Source: Cyanobacteria bacterium auto_48_18 (GTDB lineage: Bacteria > Cyanobacteriota > Vampirovibrionia > Obscuribacterales > Obscuribacteraceae). Taken from it: a stretch of 56,777 nucleotides of DNA. Below, one piece after another: positions 49,376 through 56,777 of this stretch. The translations under genes and the position numbers were made by a program. Location: positions 1-56,777 of the forward strand of contig JAVHQC010000024.1 of the NCBI GenBank assembly GCA_036170915.1. Direction: 5' to 3'. Numbering within the stretch: the first letter of the stretch is position 1; each line of letters opens with the position of its first letter. The notes below the pieces were generated by a model, which was not told where the DNA came from, made no database searches, and saw only the letters and a program-made list of their open reading frames with translations.

Positions 49376-50266
49376 CTAACTGCCCTTTAAAGCAATTTTG
49401 GCGCCTTCCCAGAGGTCGTTCAATTCTTCGGGCGACTGTGTTTTTAGCGGCTTCTGAGCGTTTTTCTCCATCCACTCAAAGCGTTTTTTAAATTTATTGA
49501 TGGTCATGAGCAGACATTCTTCAGGATCAAGAGCGTGCCAGCGGGCTAAATTGACCATGCAGAAAAGCATGTCGCCAAACTCTAAGGCCATTGCTTCTTT
49601 GGCAGCGTCCTGAGCTTTCCCGTCACCCTCAGATACTGACTGCTCTGACTGTGTTGATTGTGGACTCGTAAGATGCGGATGAGAGACGGCTTCTTGTAAC
49701 TCGGCAATCTCTGAATGCAATTTATCCCAGACGTCTCCTTCTTTTTCCCACTCAAAACCTTGACGCACAGCCTTTTCTGATATTTTCAAAGCTTGCATTA
49801 ATGCCGGCATGGTTTTAGGCACACCAGCCAGGGCAGAGCGATCAACATCTTTTTCTTGTTTGTCTTTTTTCTCTTGTTCTTTCAATTCTTGCCACTGAGC
49901 CACTACGCCATTGGCATCGTCAACTTTGGCGTCAGCAAAAACATGAGGGTGGCGCCGGATCATCTTGGCATTTATATTGGCCGCCACATCTTCGATGGTA
50001 AACTTGCCGTCATCTTGGGCAACCTGGGCATTTAAAACAATCTGCAGCAGCAAATCGCCCAGTTCGTCTTTAATTTTTTCGCAGTCACCTTCATGAATTG
50101 CTTCCATAACCTCATAAGCTTCTTCCAATAAAAAGCGCGCCAGAGTCTTGTGGGTCTGCTCCCTGTCCCATGGACAGCCATCAGGCCCCCGCAATCTGGC
50201 CACAGTTGCAATGAACTGTTCCAATTGTGAATCTTCTAAATGTGAACCTTCTAAATTCGAGGTCAT
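49376..50266 (-). CDS. mazG: Nucleoside triphosphate pyrophosphohydrolase MazG
   Basis: GCPWDREQT, EEAYE, ELGDLL, RRHPHVF, second domain EFGDMLF. Confidence 0.95.
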   Translation of the reverse strand: MTSNLEGSHLEDSQLEQFIATVARLRGPDGCPWDREQTHKTLARFLLEEAYEVMEAIHEGDCEKIKDELGDLLLQIVLNAQVAQDDGKFTIEDVAANINAKMIRRHPHVFADAKVDDANGVVAQWQELKEQEKKDKQEKDVDRSALAGVPKTMPALMQALKISEKAVRQGFEWEKEGDVWDKLHSEIAELQEAVSHPHLTSPQSTQSEQSVSEGDGKAQDAAKEAMALEFGDMLFCMVNLARWHALDPEECLLMTINKFKKRFEWMEKNAQKPLKTQSPEELNDLWEGAKIALKGS

Positions 50267-50370
50267 GGGACACCGTAAGCCTTAAGCTATTTGCTGTGGT
50301 TTAGCCACGTAACAAATCCAGAGGCTACCATAGTCGTAAGCATCTGTTTCTTAGTTGTGGGAATAAATTC

Positions 50371-51762
50371 GTGGATATATGTGTAATCGGTGCAGGCTAC
50401 GTTGGTCTAGTAACCAGTGCTTGTCTGGCTTATCTTGGCAATCATGTCACCGCGGTGGAAGCAAATCCTGAGCGCCTTGGCAGTTTGCAAAAAGGTCTGG
50501 TGCCATTTTTCGAGCCCGGTTTGCAAGAGTTTGTGCAGCAAACCAGCGAGTCTGGATTTCTTTCATTCTCTGATGATCTCGATCAAGCAGTAAAGCGGGC
50601 TCAGATTATTTTTATTGCCGTTGGCACCCCCTCTCTTCCCAATGGTGAGCCTGATCTGTCGCAGGTGATGGTGGTGGCTCGCAGCATCGGCAGCGCTTTA
50701 GATGCTAAGCATCGGCGTATCATCGTCAATAAATCTACTGTGCCAGTGGGTTCTGGCAACTGGGTAGAAATGTTGGTTTCGCAAGGCGTGCAGAACTCTC
50801 AACCGGTGCCGGCCCGTTCGGCCAGACCAGAGGCACCAAGTTTTGTTGTAGTGAGCAATCCGGAATTTTTGCGCGAAGGCAGCGCCATTGCCGATTCTTT
50901 CTATCCTGATCGCATTGTCGTGGGATCGACTGATGAACAGGCTATTGGAGTGATGAAAAATCTCTACAAGCCAATCATCAACCAATCGTTTGACGTACCA
51001 GCTCTAGCCCCTCGCCCTAAAGATTTCAGTGCGGTACCCTTTGTGGTGACCGATCTGGCCTCTGCTGAATTGATCAAATATTCTGCCAATGCTTTTCTGG
51101 CGATGAAAATTAGCTTCGCCAATGAGATAGCCGGTTTATGCGAAAAAGTCGGAGCTGACGTCAGTCAAGTAACTCAAGGCATCGGTCTTGATTATCGTAT
51201 CGGCAAAGCTTTTCTTAACGCCGGAGTGGGCTGGGGCGGCAGCTGTTTCGGCAAAGATGTGAGCGCTTTGATGCAGGTAGCCAAAGAATATAATTATCCA
51301 ACATCGTTGCTTGAAGCCACTGTGGCTGTCAATGAACGCCAGCGGTTGGTTGTAATTAAGAAATTGCAAGACGAACTGAAGATTCTCAAAGGCCGCACAG
51401 TTGGCCTAATGGGCTTATCGTTCAAGCCTAATACCGACGATTTGCGCGATGCACCGGCACTAACAATCGCCTATCAATTACTGAAAATGGGCGCTTCGGT
51501 CAAAGCTTACGATCCTGTTTCGAATGAAAGATGCAAAATGCTTCACCCCACTCTCGATATTCAATATTGCGACAGCAGTGAAGATCTGGCCAGTGACACC
51601 GACGCGCTAGTACTGGTGACCGAATGGGAACAATTTAAGAGACTGGATTGGAAGAAACTTGCGAAGAGCATGCGCTGGCCGCTTTTAATTGATGGTCGCA
51701 ACGCACTCAGCGAAGAAGACATAACCCTAGCCGGCATGACTTATAGAGGTGTAGGACGTTGA
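50371..51762 (+). CDS. ugd: UDP-glucose 6-dehydrogenase
   Basis: [41 protein letters not shown]. Confidence 0.95.
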   Translation: MDICVIGAGYVGLVTSACLAYLGNHVTAVEANPERLGSLQKGLVPFFEPGLQEFVQQTSESGFLSFSDDLDQAVKRAQIIFIAVGTPSLPNGEPDLSQVMVVARSIGSALDAKHRRIIVNKSTVPVGSGNWVEMLVSQGVQNSQPVPARSARPEAPSFVVVSNPEFLREGSAIADSFYPDRIVVGSTDEQAIGVMKNLYKPIINQSFDVPALAPRPKDFSAVPFVVTDLASAELIKYSANAFLAMKISFANEIAGLCEKVGADVSQVTQGIGLDYRIGKAFLNAGVGWGGSCFGKDVSALMQVAKEYNYPTSLLEATVAVNERQRLVVIKKLQDELKILKGRTVGLMGLSFKPNTDDLRDAPALTIAYQLLKMGASVKAYDPVSNERCKMLHPTLDIQYCDSSEDLASDTDALVLVTEWEQFKRLDWKKLAKSMRWPLLIDGRNALSEEDITLAGMTYRGVGR

Positions 51763-52718
51763 GAATTCTTATCACTGGTGGCGCCGGTTTTATCGGTTCT
51801 CACCTCACCGACAGAATGATGGCCGAAGGTCATCGCGTGGTGGTGATGGACAATCTAGTCACCGGTAATTACCAAAATGTGGCTCACCATAAGGATAATC
51901 CGCGTTTTGAATTTATTCACCACAATGTCTCAAACCATATCCATATAGTTGGTGAACTCGATTGGGTTATTCATTTTGCTTCTCCCGCATCTCCAGTTGA
52001 CTATTTGTTGCTGCCTATTGAAACTCTAAAAGTAAATTCGCTGGGCACACACAACACGCTTGGGCTGGCACTTTCAAAAGGCGCCCGTTACTTTCTTGCC
52101 AGCACTTCTGAAGTTTATGGCGACCCCGAGATTCATCCACAGCCTGAAACTTATTGGGGCAACGTTAACCCCATCGGTCCGCGTGGTGTCTATGACGAAG
52201 CTAAGCGTTTTGCTGAAGCGATCACCATGGCCTATCATCACAAACATGGCTTAGACACTCGCATTATTCGCATTTTCAATTGTTATGGGCCGCGTTTACG
52301 TCTCGATGACGGTCGCGTGGTGTCAAACTTTATTGGTCAAGCACTGGCCAATCAACCGCTCACTGTTTATGGTGAAGGCCAGCAAACACGCAGCTTTCAG
52401 TATGTAACTGATCTGGTGGAAGGGATTGTGCGCTTAATGGATGTTGATCATCATCTACCCGTCAATCTCGGCAATCCTCAAGAAAAAACAGTATTGGAAC
52501 TGGCCACCATCATTAAAGACCTGGTGGGGGCAAGCAGCGAAATTATCAAAAAACCTCTGCCGGTGGATGATCCACGCAGACGTCTGCCAGATACCACTAA
52601 GGCTAAAGCGCTGATTAACTGGGCTCCGAGTAAAAACCTTATAGAAGGTCTGCAGGAGACAATTGAGTGGTATCGCCAGGCCCAGGCTCGTGAAGCCGTG
52701 ACAGCCAAAAGCAAATAA
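51759..52718 (+). CDS. UDP-glucuronate decarboxylase (UDP-xylose synthase) family SDR
   Basis: [52 protein letters not shown] overlap with ugd. Confidence 0.92.
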   Translation: MRILITGGAGFIGSHLTDRMMAEGHRVVVMDNLVTGNYQNVAHHKDNPRFEFIHHNVSNHIHIVGELDWVIHFASPASPVDYLLLPIETLKVNSLGTHNTLGLALSKGARYFLASTSEVYGDPEIHPQPETYWGNVNPIGPRGVYDEAKRFAEAITMAYHHKHGLDTRIIRIFNCYGPRLRLDDGRVVSNFIGQALANQPLTVYGEGQQTRSFQYVTDLVEGIVRLMDVDHHLPVNLGNPQEKTVLELATIIKDLVGASSEIIKKPLPVDDPRRRLPDTTKAKALINWAPSKNLIEGLQETIEWYRQAQAREAVTAKSK

Positions 52719-52850
52719 TCGAATCAGTACTTAGGAAAGATTTCCTGTATTAAAAGTAGGACTTTCCCCAATATTGCTTCAGGCAAATGCTGGCATTAAC
52801 TCCAAGCTCATTTGGCTAAAGTTGAAGCAGTTAGCGCTGGAGTTTGTCTA

Positions 52851-53882
52851 ATGAAAAAGAATATTGGTGCCGCTTTGCTGACTTTGCTCACCAGCGTGTC
52901 ACTGGGCAATTGTTTACTGGCCTCTTCAGTGTTTGCCCAAGTCATAGAAAAAGGCGCAGAGAAAGCCACAGAGAAAGCTGAAAAGACTGAGAAAAAGCCG
53001 CATCTCGACCTGGCTTTTTGCATTGATACCACAGGCTCTATGCAAAGTGAAATTGATCAGGTCAAAGAGAAGGTCAAATCACTAACGGCCAAGCTTGCCG
53101 CTGGTAAACCCGCACCAGTTGTGCGCGTAGGACTGGTGGCATATCGCGATCGTGGCGACGCATATGTGACCAAGGTTTTTCCGTTTACCGAAGACATTGA
53201 TCGCTTTGTCAAAGACGTGTCTGGCCTGCAAGCAGCTGGTGGCGGAGACGGCCCCGAAGCTGTTAATCAGGGCATGCATGCTGCTCTTCATGACCTTAAA
53301 TGGGACGACGACAAACACACAGCTAAGCTGATGTTTTTAATCGGTGATGCCCCGCCTCATGTTTACAGCAATGATTTTAAGTGGGAAGACGAATCTCGCC
53401 AGGCAATCAGTCGCGGCATTCAAGTCAACACCATCGCTTGCGCCGGTCTTGAATCATACGGCCCAGCACAAGGCAGTGACGTATTTAAACAGATTGCCAA
53501 ACTCGCAGACGGCAGTGCCGATACGCTCACATACCGTCAAACAGTTGTGGATAACAAAGGCAAAAAAGAAACGGTGGTTAGCTTCGGTGGCGAATCTTAT
53601 CGAGTCAAATCTGATTCGGCAGACTGGAAGCGCGGAGTAGCCTCACTCAAGGCCATGGGCGCCGCTGACAAAATGTCGCCAGTAGTGGCGCGTGAAATGA
53701 GTGCGTCAGCAGGTGCGCCAGGTGCATCATTTGCCATGAGCGAAAGTTCTAGAGCAAGGGGCAGTATGTCTGGTTTTAGTGGTGGCATGTCGCGCGGTGA
53801 CAGCAATCTAGATGAAATTGTGGTGCAAGCTGCCAAAAGACGTGCGGCTAAAGTTTCGAACGTAGATTACGGCGGCAAATAG
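52851..53882 (+). CDS. Exported von Willebrand factor A domain protein
   Basis: Signal peptide ending VFA-Q; MIDAS DTTGSM; GGGDGPEA; IGDAPPH. Confidence 0.88.
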   Translation: MKKNIGAALLTLLTSVSLGNCLLASSVFAQVIEKGAEKATEKAEKTEKKPHLDLAFCIDTTGSMQSEIDQVKEKVKSLTAKLAAGKPAPVVRVGLVAYRDRGDAYVTKVFPFTEDIDRFVKDVSGLQAAGGGDGPEAVNQGMHAALHDLKWDDDKHTAKLMFLIGDAPPHVYSNDFKWEDESRQAISRGIQVNTIACAGLESYGPAQGSDVFKQIAKLADGSADTLTYRQTVVDNKGKKETVVSFGGESYRVKSDSADWKRGVASLKAMGAADKMSPVVAREMSASAGAPGASFAMSESSRARGSMSGFSGGMSRGDSNLDEIVVQAAKRRAAKVSNVDYGGK

Positions 53883-53929
53883 CCTTGAGGTGGGTATAGA
53901 TAGTGGGGGAAAGAGAACAAGCGCTCGGC

Positions 53930-53959
53930 TTGACAAGTGCGTACCGCCCAGCTTAAAAT
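53930..53959 (+). promoter_or_regulatory. Sigma70-type promoter
   Basis: TTGACA-N18-TAAAAT upstream of the ORF starting at 54007. Confidence 0.6.
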
Positions 53960-54006
53960 CCTCTAACCCCCATTTACTACGCCCCTCTCTTATGAGGCAA
54001 TTTTTT

Positions 54007-54750
54007 ATGACTGAAAAACGCCAGGTCGCTGATAAGGGCGACAAGAAGGCCGACAAAGATGACGCTCCAAAAGAAGAAAGCCATGTGCTTAAAGGCATCT
54101 GGGGAAAGGTTAAACATGCCGGCAGTGTCGTCGCTGACAAGACTGTAGATTTGGCCAATGATGCCAAAGACGGCATCAAAGAGCATGGCCCCAAAGTCGT
54201 TCAAGGCGCCAAAGATGCTGTGAACAGCCCCGCCGGCCAGAAGATCAAAGGGGTTGGCGAAGACATTGCCAGAGACCAAAAGGAAAAAGTTCACTCTGTT
54301 GGCAAAGCAGCACAAAACGGCGATTACAGGACGGTGGTTAAAGAAGCTGCGCCTCTAATAATTGGTGGGCCCGCTGGATACATTGGCAAAGAAGTTAGCG
54401 GCAAAGTGGTCAATGAGGCAGTAAGGCAACTTCCACCTGAGCATCAAGGCACTGCTAGACAGGTTCAAAAGGGCTTGCAGCTTAAAGACGCTGTTACTGG
54501 TAATGGCTTCCCGTCAGGGCAAGATTTGATCATCGACGCCGCTACTGATCCTAAAAAGCAGAACCAGGTCAAAGACCTTGGTAAGAAAGCCGTCGATGGT
54601 GTGAGCGGTTTTTGGAACAAAATGACCGGCGGCGGTGATAAAGACGCTGACGAGAAAAAAGCTGAGGCGAAAAAAGAAGCAACCAAGCCTACTGAAGAAG
54701 AAGTAGAAGCAGAAAAAGCACAAAAACCTAAATATAAGACTAAGCGCTAG
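54007..54750 (+). CDS. Hydrophilic K/D/A/G-rich hypothetical protein (LEA/hydrophilin-like composition)
   Basis: ATG 54007 with GAGG SD downstream of the promoter; charged amphipathic composition. Confidence 0.7.
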   Translation: MTEKRQVADKGDKKADKDDAPKEESHVLKGIWGKVKHAGSVVADKTVDLANDAKDGIKEHGPKVVQGAKDAVNSPAGQKIKGVGEDIARDQKEKVHSVGKAAQNGDYRTVVKEAAPLIIGGPAGYIGKEVSGKVVNEAVRQLPPEHQGTARQVQKGLQLKDAVTGNGFPSGQDLIIDAATDPKKQNQVKDLGKKAVDGVSGFWNKMTGGGDKDADEKKAEAKKEATKPTEEEVEAEKAQKPKYKTKR

Positions 54751-54879
54751 GATCATTGATTTAAAACCAGTGAGCTAAAGCAACTGAGAAACTCGATTGC
54801 TCCGTGTTTTTGGCAATAGTTTTTGCTACGCTATTGCTATGGTTGTTGATCTGACAGAATCAGGCAGAGGTATTTAGAC

Positions 54880-55305
54880 TTGTCCACTTTGCGCCGCCTT
54901 TCTTTTGTGTCTCTTGTAGCCCTGGTTCTGACTGTGGGCGGATTAACACTGACGGCTTGCACCGCTAATTACAAACCGCCTGGTGTGGCGCTGCCCGACA
55001 AGTTTCCTATTAATTGCATTCCCGGATCTGAATGCACAAGAGCTGATAGCACTCCTATTGGCCAGGATAAATACCGGCAGATTGTTGTTTTAAAAACAGC
55101 GGATGATACTGAAAAAGTGCACGAGTTTTATAAAACTGAAGTGGTAATGAAAGGCTACAGGCTTAATGCAGACAACAACAGACGTGGTGCCATCTCGATG
55201 GAATGCCTATCTGATTCGGCGAAGCTTGATATACACCTTGAACCTGTGGCTAACATGACGATCATAAGCATTAGCTATGATCCTAAGCTCGAGTATGCGA
55301 AATAG
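54880..55305 (+). CDS. Hypothetical lipoprotein
   Basis: Basic N-terminus, hydrophobic stretch and lipobox LTAC. Confidence 0.75.
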   Translation: MSTLRRLSFVSLVALVLTVGGLTLTACTANYKPPGVALPDKFPINCIPGSECTRADSTPIGQDKYRQIVVLKTADDTEKVHEFYKTEVVMKGYRLNADNNRRGAISMECLSDSAKLDIHLEPVANMTIISISYDPKLEYAK

Positions 55306-55315
55306 TTGAAGTGAA

Positions 55316-56347
55316 ATGGCTTTAGTATCACCGCTGGTGCGGCTATATGTTGGTGCTTCGTCACTTGCGATTGCATTGACTGTGATTTTGAGTGTGGTGC
55401 CTGTTGTTCAGGCAGAGCAGGCCGTGTCTTCTGCTCCGGCTCTTGTACCTGCCTTTGTTCCTGTGCGCAGGCCGCCCACAGCTCTAGGCGCGACCTTACA
55501 AAAACTATCTTTCCCCGGCTGGAATGGAGTTTCATCCAGCGATTTCTTTATTGACCCAGCGGCACCTATGCCCGATCTTGCACACGTTGACGTCACTAAA
55601 ACTGCCATCTTGCGCGAGTTTGGCCTGAGTGCGATATCGCAAAAATCATTTCAGCGCGGACAAAGATATATCTACGTAGATCTATTCGAGTTTGAAAATA
55701 GTGATGGTGCCTATGCGGCTTACTGTTTGTTGAGACGCGGTGCAACGACTGTAGTTAAGCGCGGAGACGCGACGTCAGAAGACGACGACAGTATTTCTTT
55801 TGTTCAAGGTAAGACTTTCGTATCTATATATGGAACGTCTACCGAGGATGATGAAAGTAAAGATGTCATCAGGTTGATTGCCGGCGAGTTGAGTAAGGCC
55901 ATTCCTGAACATGGCACTCCGCCTGCGATTTTAACTACAATGCCACAGCTTGAACTGTTGCACGGCAGCGAAAAATTGGTCATGGGTCCTCTTTCAGCCC
56001 GGCGCTTTTTTCCGGCACCTTTTTTGAGCGCGCTCGATTATAAGAACTGCAAAGTGGCTTCAGTGGCCGATTATCAAATTACTTTGCCCGCTAAAGAGCG
56101 CGTCAAGCTAATGTTTTTTGACTATGGCGTCAACGCTCAGGCAGCGCAAGCCAGCTACCAGTCTTACTTGAATGAACTGTGCCAGAGCCGCGGTGAAGAT
56201 CCGGCGCAACTTTATGGGCGTCCAAGTAATCAGTTTCGCAATGGCGCAACCTATACCAATATTGCTCTAAAAGGGCCGCATGTAGTGCTTGTAAGCGGTG
56301 CACGAAAAAAATATAGTGCAGATTTGTTGCTGAGACAACTTCGATAA
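55316..56347 (+). CDS. Exported hypothetical protein (possibly DUF6599-like)
   Basis: Signal peptide ending VQA-E; VDLFEFENSDGAYAAY...SFVQGKTFVSI pattern. Confidence 0.72.
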   Translation: MALVSPLVRLYVGASSLAIALTVILSVVPVVQAEQAVSSAPALVPAFVPVRRPPTALGATLQKLSFPGWNGVSSSDFFIDPAAPMPDLAHVDVTKTAILREFGLSAISQKSFQRGQRYIYVDLFEFENSDGAYAAYCLLRRGATTVVKRGDATSEDDDSISFVQGKTFVSIYGTSTEDDESKDVIRLIAGELSKAIPEHGTPPAILTTMPQLELLHGSEKLVMGPLSARRFFPAPFLSALDYKNCKVASVADYQITLPAKERVKLMFFDYGVNAQAAQASYQSYLNELCQSRGEDPAQLYGRPSNQFRNGATYTNIALKGPHVVLVSGARKKYSADLLLRQLR

Positions 56348-56521
56348 GTGCGGACAGAGGCGGGTCGTCAAGAGCGCAACGCAGCTCTGGCACTCTATTG
56401 TTGAAGTCTATATATAGATTGTGAGCGCTAGCGCGCGGCGCATTCTGCCGCTTGAAAGTAAGTGTTGCGCCGCGTAACAAGCGGTTCGCGCAATCAAGAT
56501 GTGGCGTAATTTTCATCATTG

Positions 56522-56555
56522 CGCAGCTCATGCAGTGAAAGCTGCATGAGCTGCG
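56522..56555. other. Strong hairpin: 14-bp perfect stem plus U-G pair closing a GAAA tetraloop
   Basis: CGCAGCTCATGCAG-TGAAAG-CTGCATGAGCTGCG. Confidence 0.75.
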
Positions 56556-56642
56556 GTTCTTCAGTCGTCAGGTGTACAAGAGATATGCACCAGATTTGCG
56601 CACATTAAAGACAATGCTGTCCAGCAGCCACTCTTGAGGTGT

Positions 56643-56671
56643 TTGACAGGCCTAAGGTGGCTTGGTATGAT
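56643..56671 (+). promoter_or_regulatory. Near-consensus sigma70 promoter, probable rRNA operon promoter
   Basis: TTGACA-N17-TATGAT with extended -10 TG. Confidence 0.85.
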
Positions 56672-56680
56672 TTCTTAGTT

Positions 56681-56746
56681 GTCTGAATTTCATTCGCCTT
56701 CGAGCGGATAAATCCGACGCCAATTTGAACCCTGATAACTGAATAG
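56681..56746 (+). promoter_or_regulatory. Putative rrn leader: boxB-like hairpin followed by boxA-like antitermination sequence
   Basis: Imperfect hairpin GTC...ATTCGC-CTTCGA-GCGGAT...GAC, then GAACCCTGATAACTGAATAG (56727-56746), resembling cyanobacterial rrn boxA GAACCTTGAAAAC. Confidence 0.6.
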
Positions 56747-56777
56747 CCTTATGTACAAGGCGCCTGTCAAGAATTTT

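Noticed and set aside
56130..56531. 133-aa minus-strand ORF at the window end
   Set aside because: Overlaps the + strand gene and the hairpin region; no protein-like features
56430..56560. TGAAAG-ending segments reminiscent of CRISPR repeat 3' ends
   Set aside because: The two segments are not direct repeats, there is no regular spacing and no cas genes

Overview
A gene-dense (~48% GC by eye) bacterial chromosome segment made mostly of housekeeping genes. Gene order and protein style (rimP-nusA-ylxR-infB-rbfA-truB, MurJ with GGPFHSA motif, rsmH-ftsL-like-ftsI-murJ, long low-complexity IF2 N-terminus, no photosynthesis genes here) suggest a non-photosynthetic relative of Cyanobacteria (Melainabacteria/Vampirovibrionia, Obscuribacterales-like); this is inference. 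Contents: recQ, a divergent TetR/SOUL heme-binding pair, a CPA2 (Kef-type) antiporter, thrS, mnmE, HU with a histone-H1-like tail, ybeY-dgkA, a FecCD/FecE-type ABC pair, cysteine desulfurase, ALDH, TPR proteins, S41 peptidase, 5'-nucleotidase, a three-gene phosphorelay, part of the dcw cluster, dppA, dapF-ftsQ, mazG, ugd-uxs and several exported hypotheticals. It ends in a near-consensus sigma70 promoter plus boxB/boxA-like leader, probably the start of an rRNA operon. No mobile element, CRISPR array, tRNA or defence island was seen. The best signals are not in the ORF track: (1) a tRNA-Thr(UGU) anticodon-arm mimic just upstream of the thrS ribosome-binding site; (2) a dispersed ~28-bp palindrome present intergenically and in-frame in two genes; (3) an uncalled ylxR with no ATG/GTG/TTG start (probable ATT); (4) two divergent exported-protein genes whose signal peptides overlap on opposite strands; (5) a double operator between tetR and the SOUL gene.
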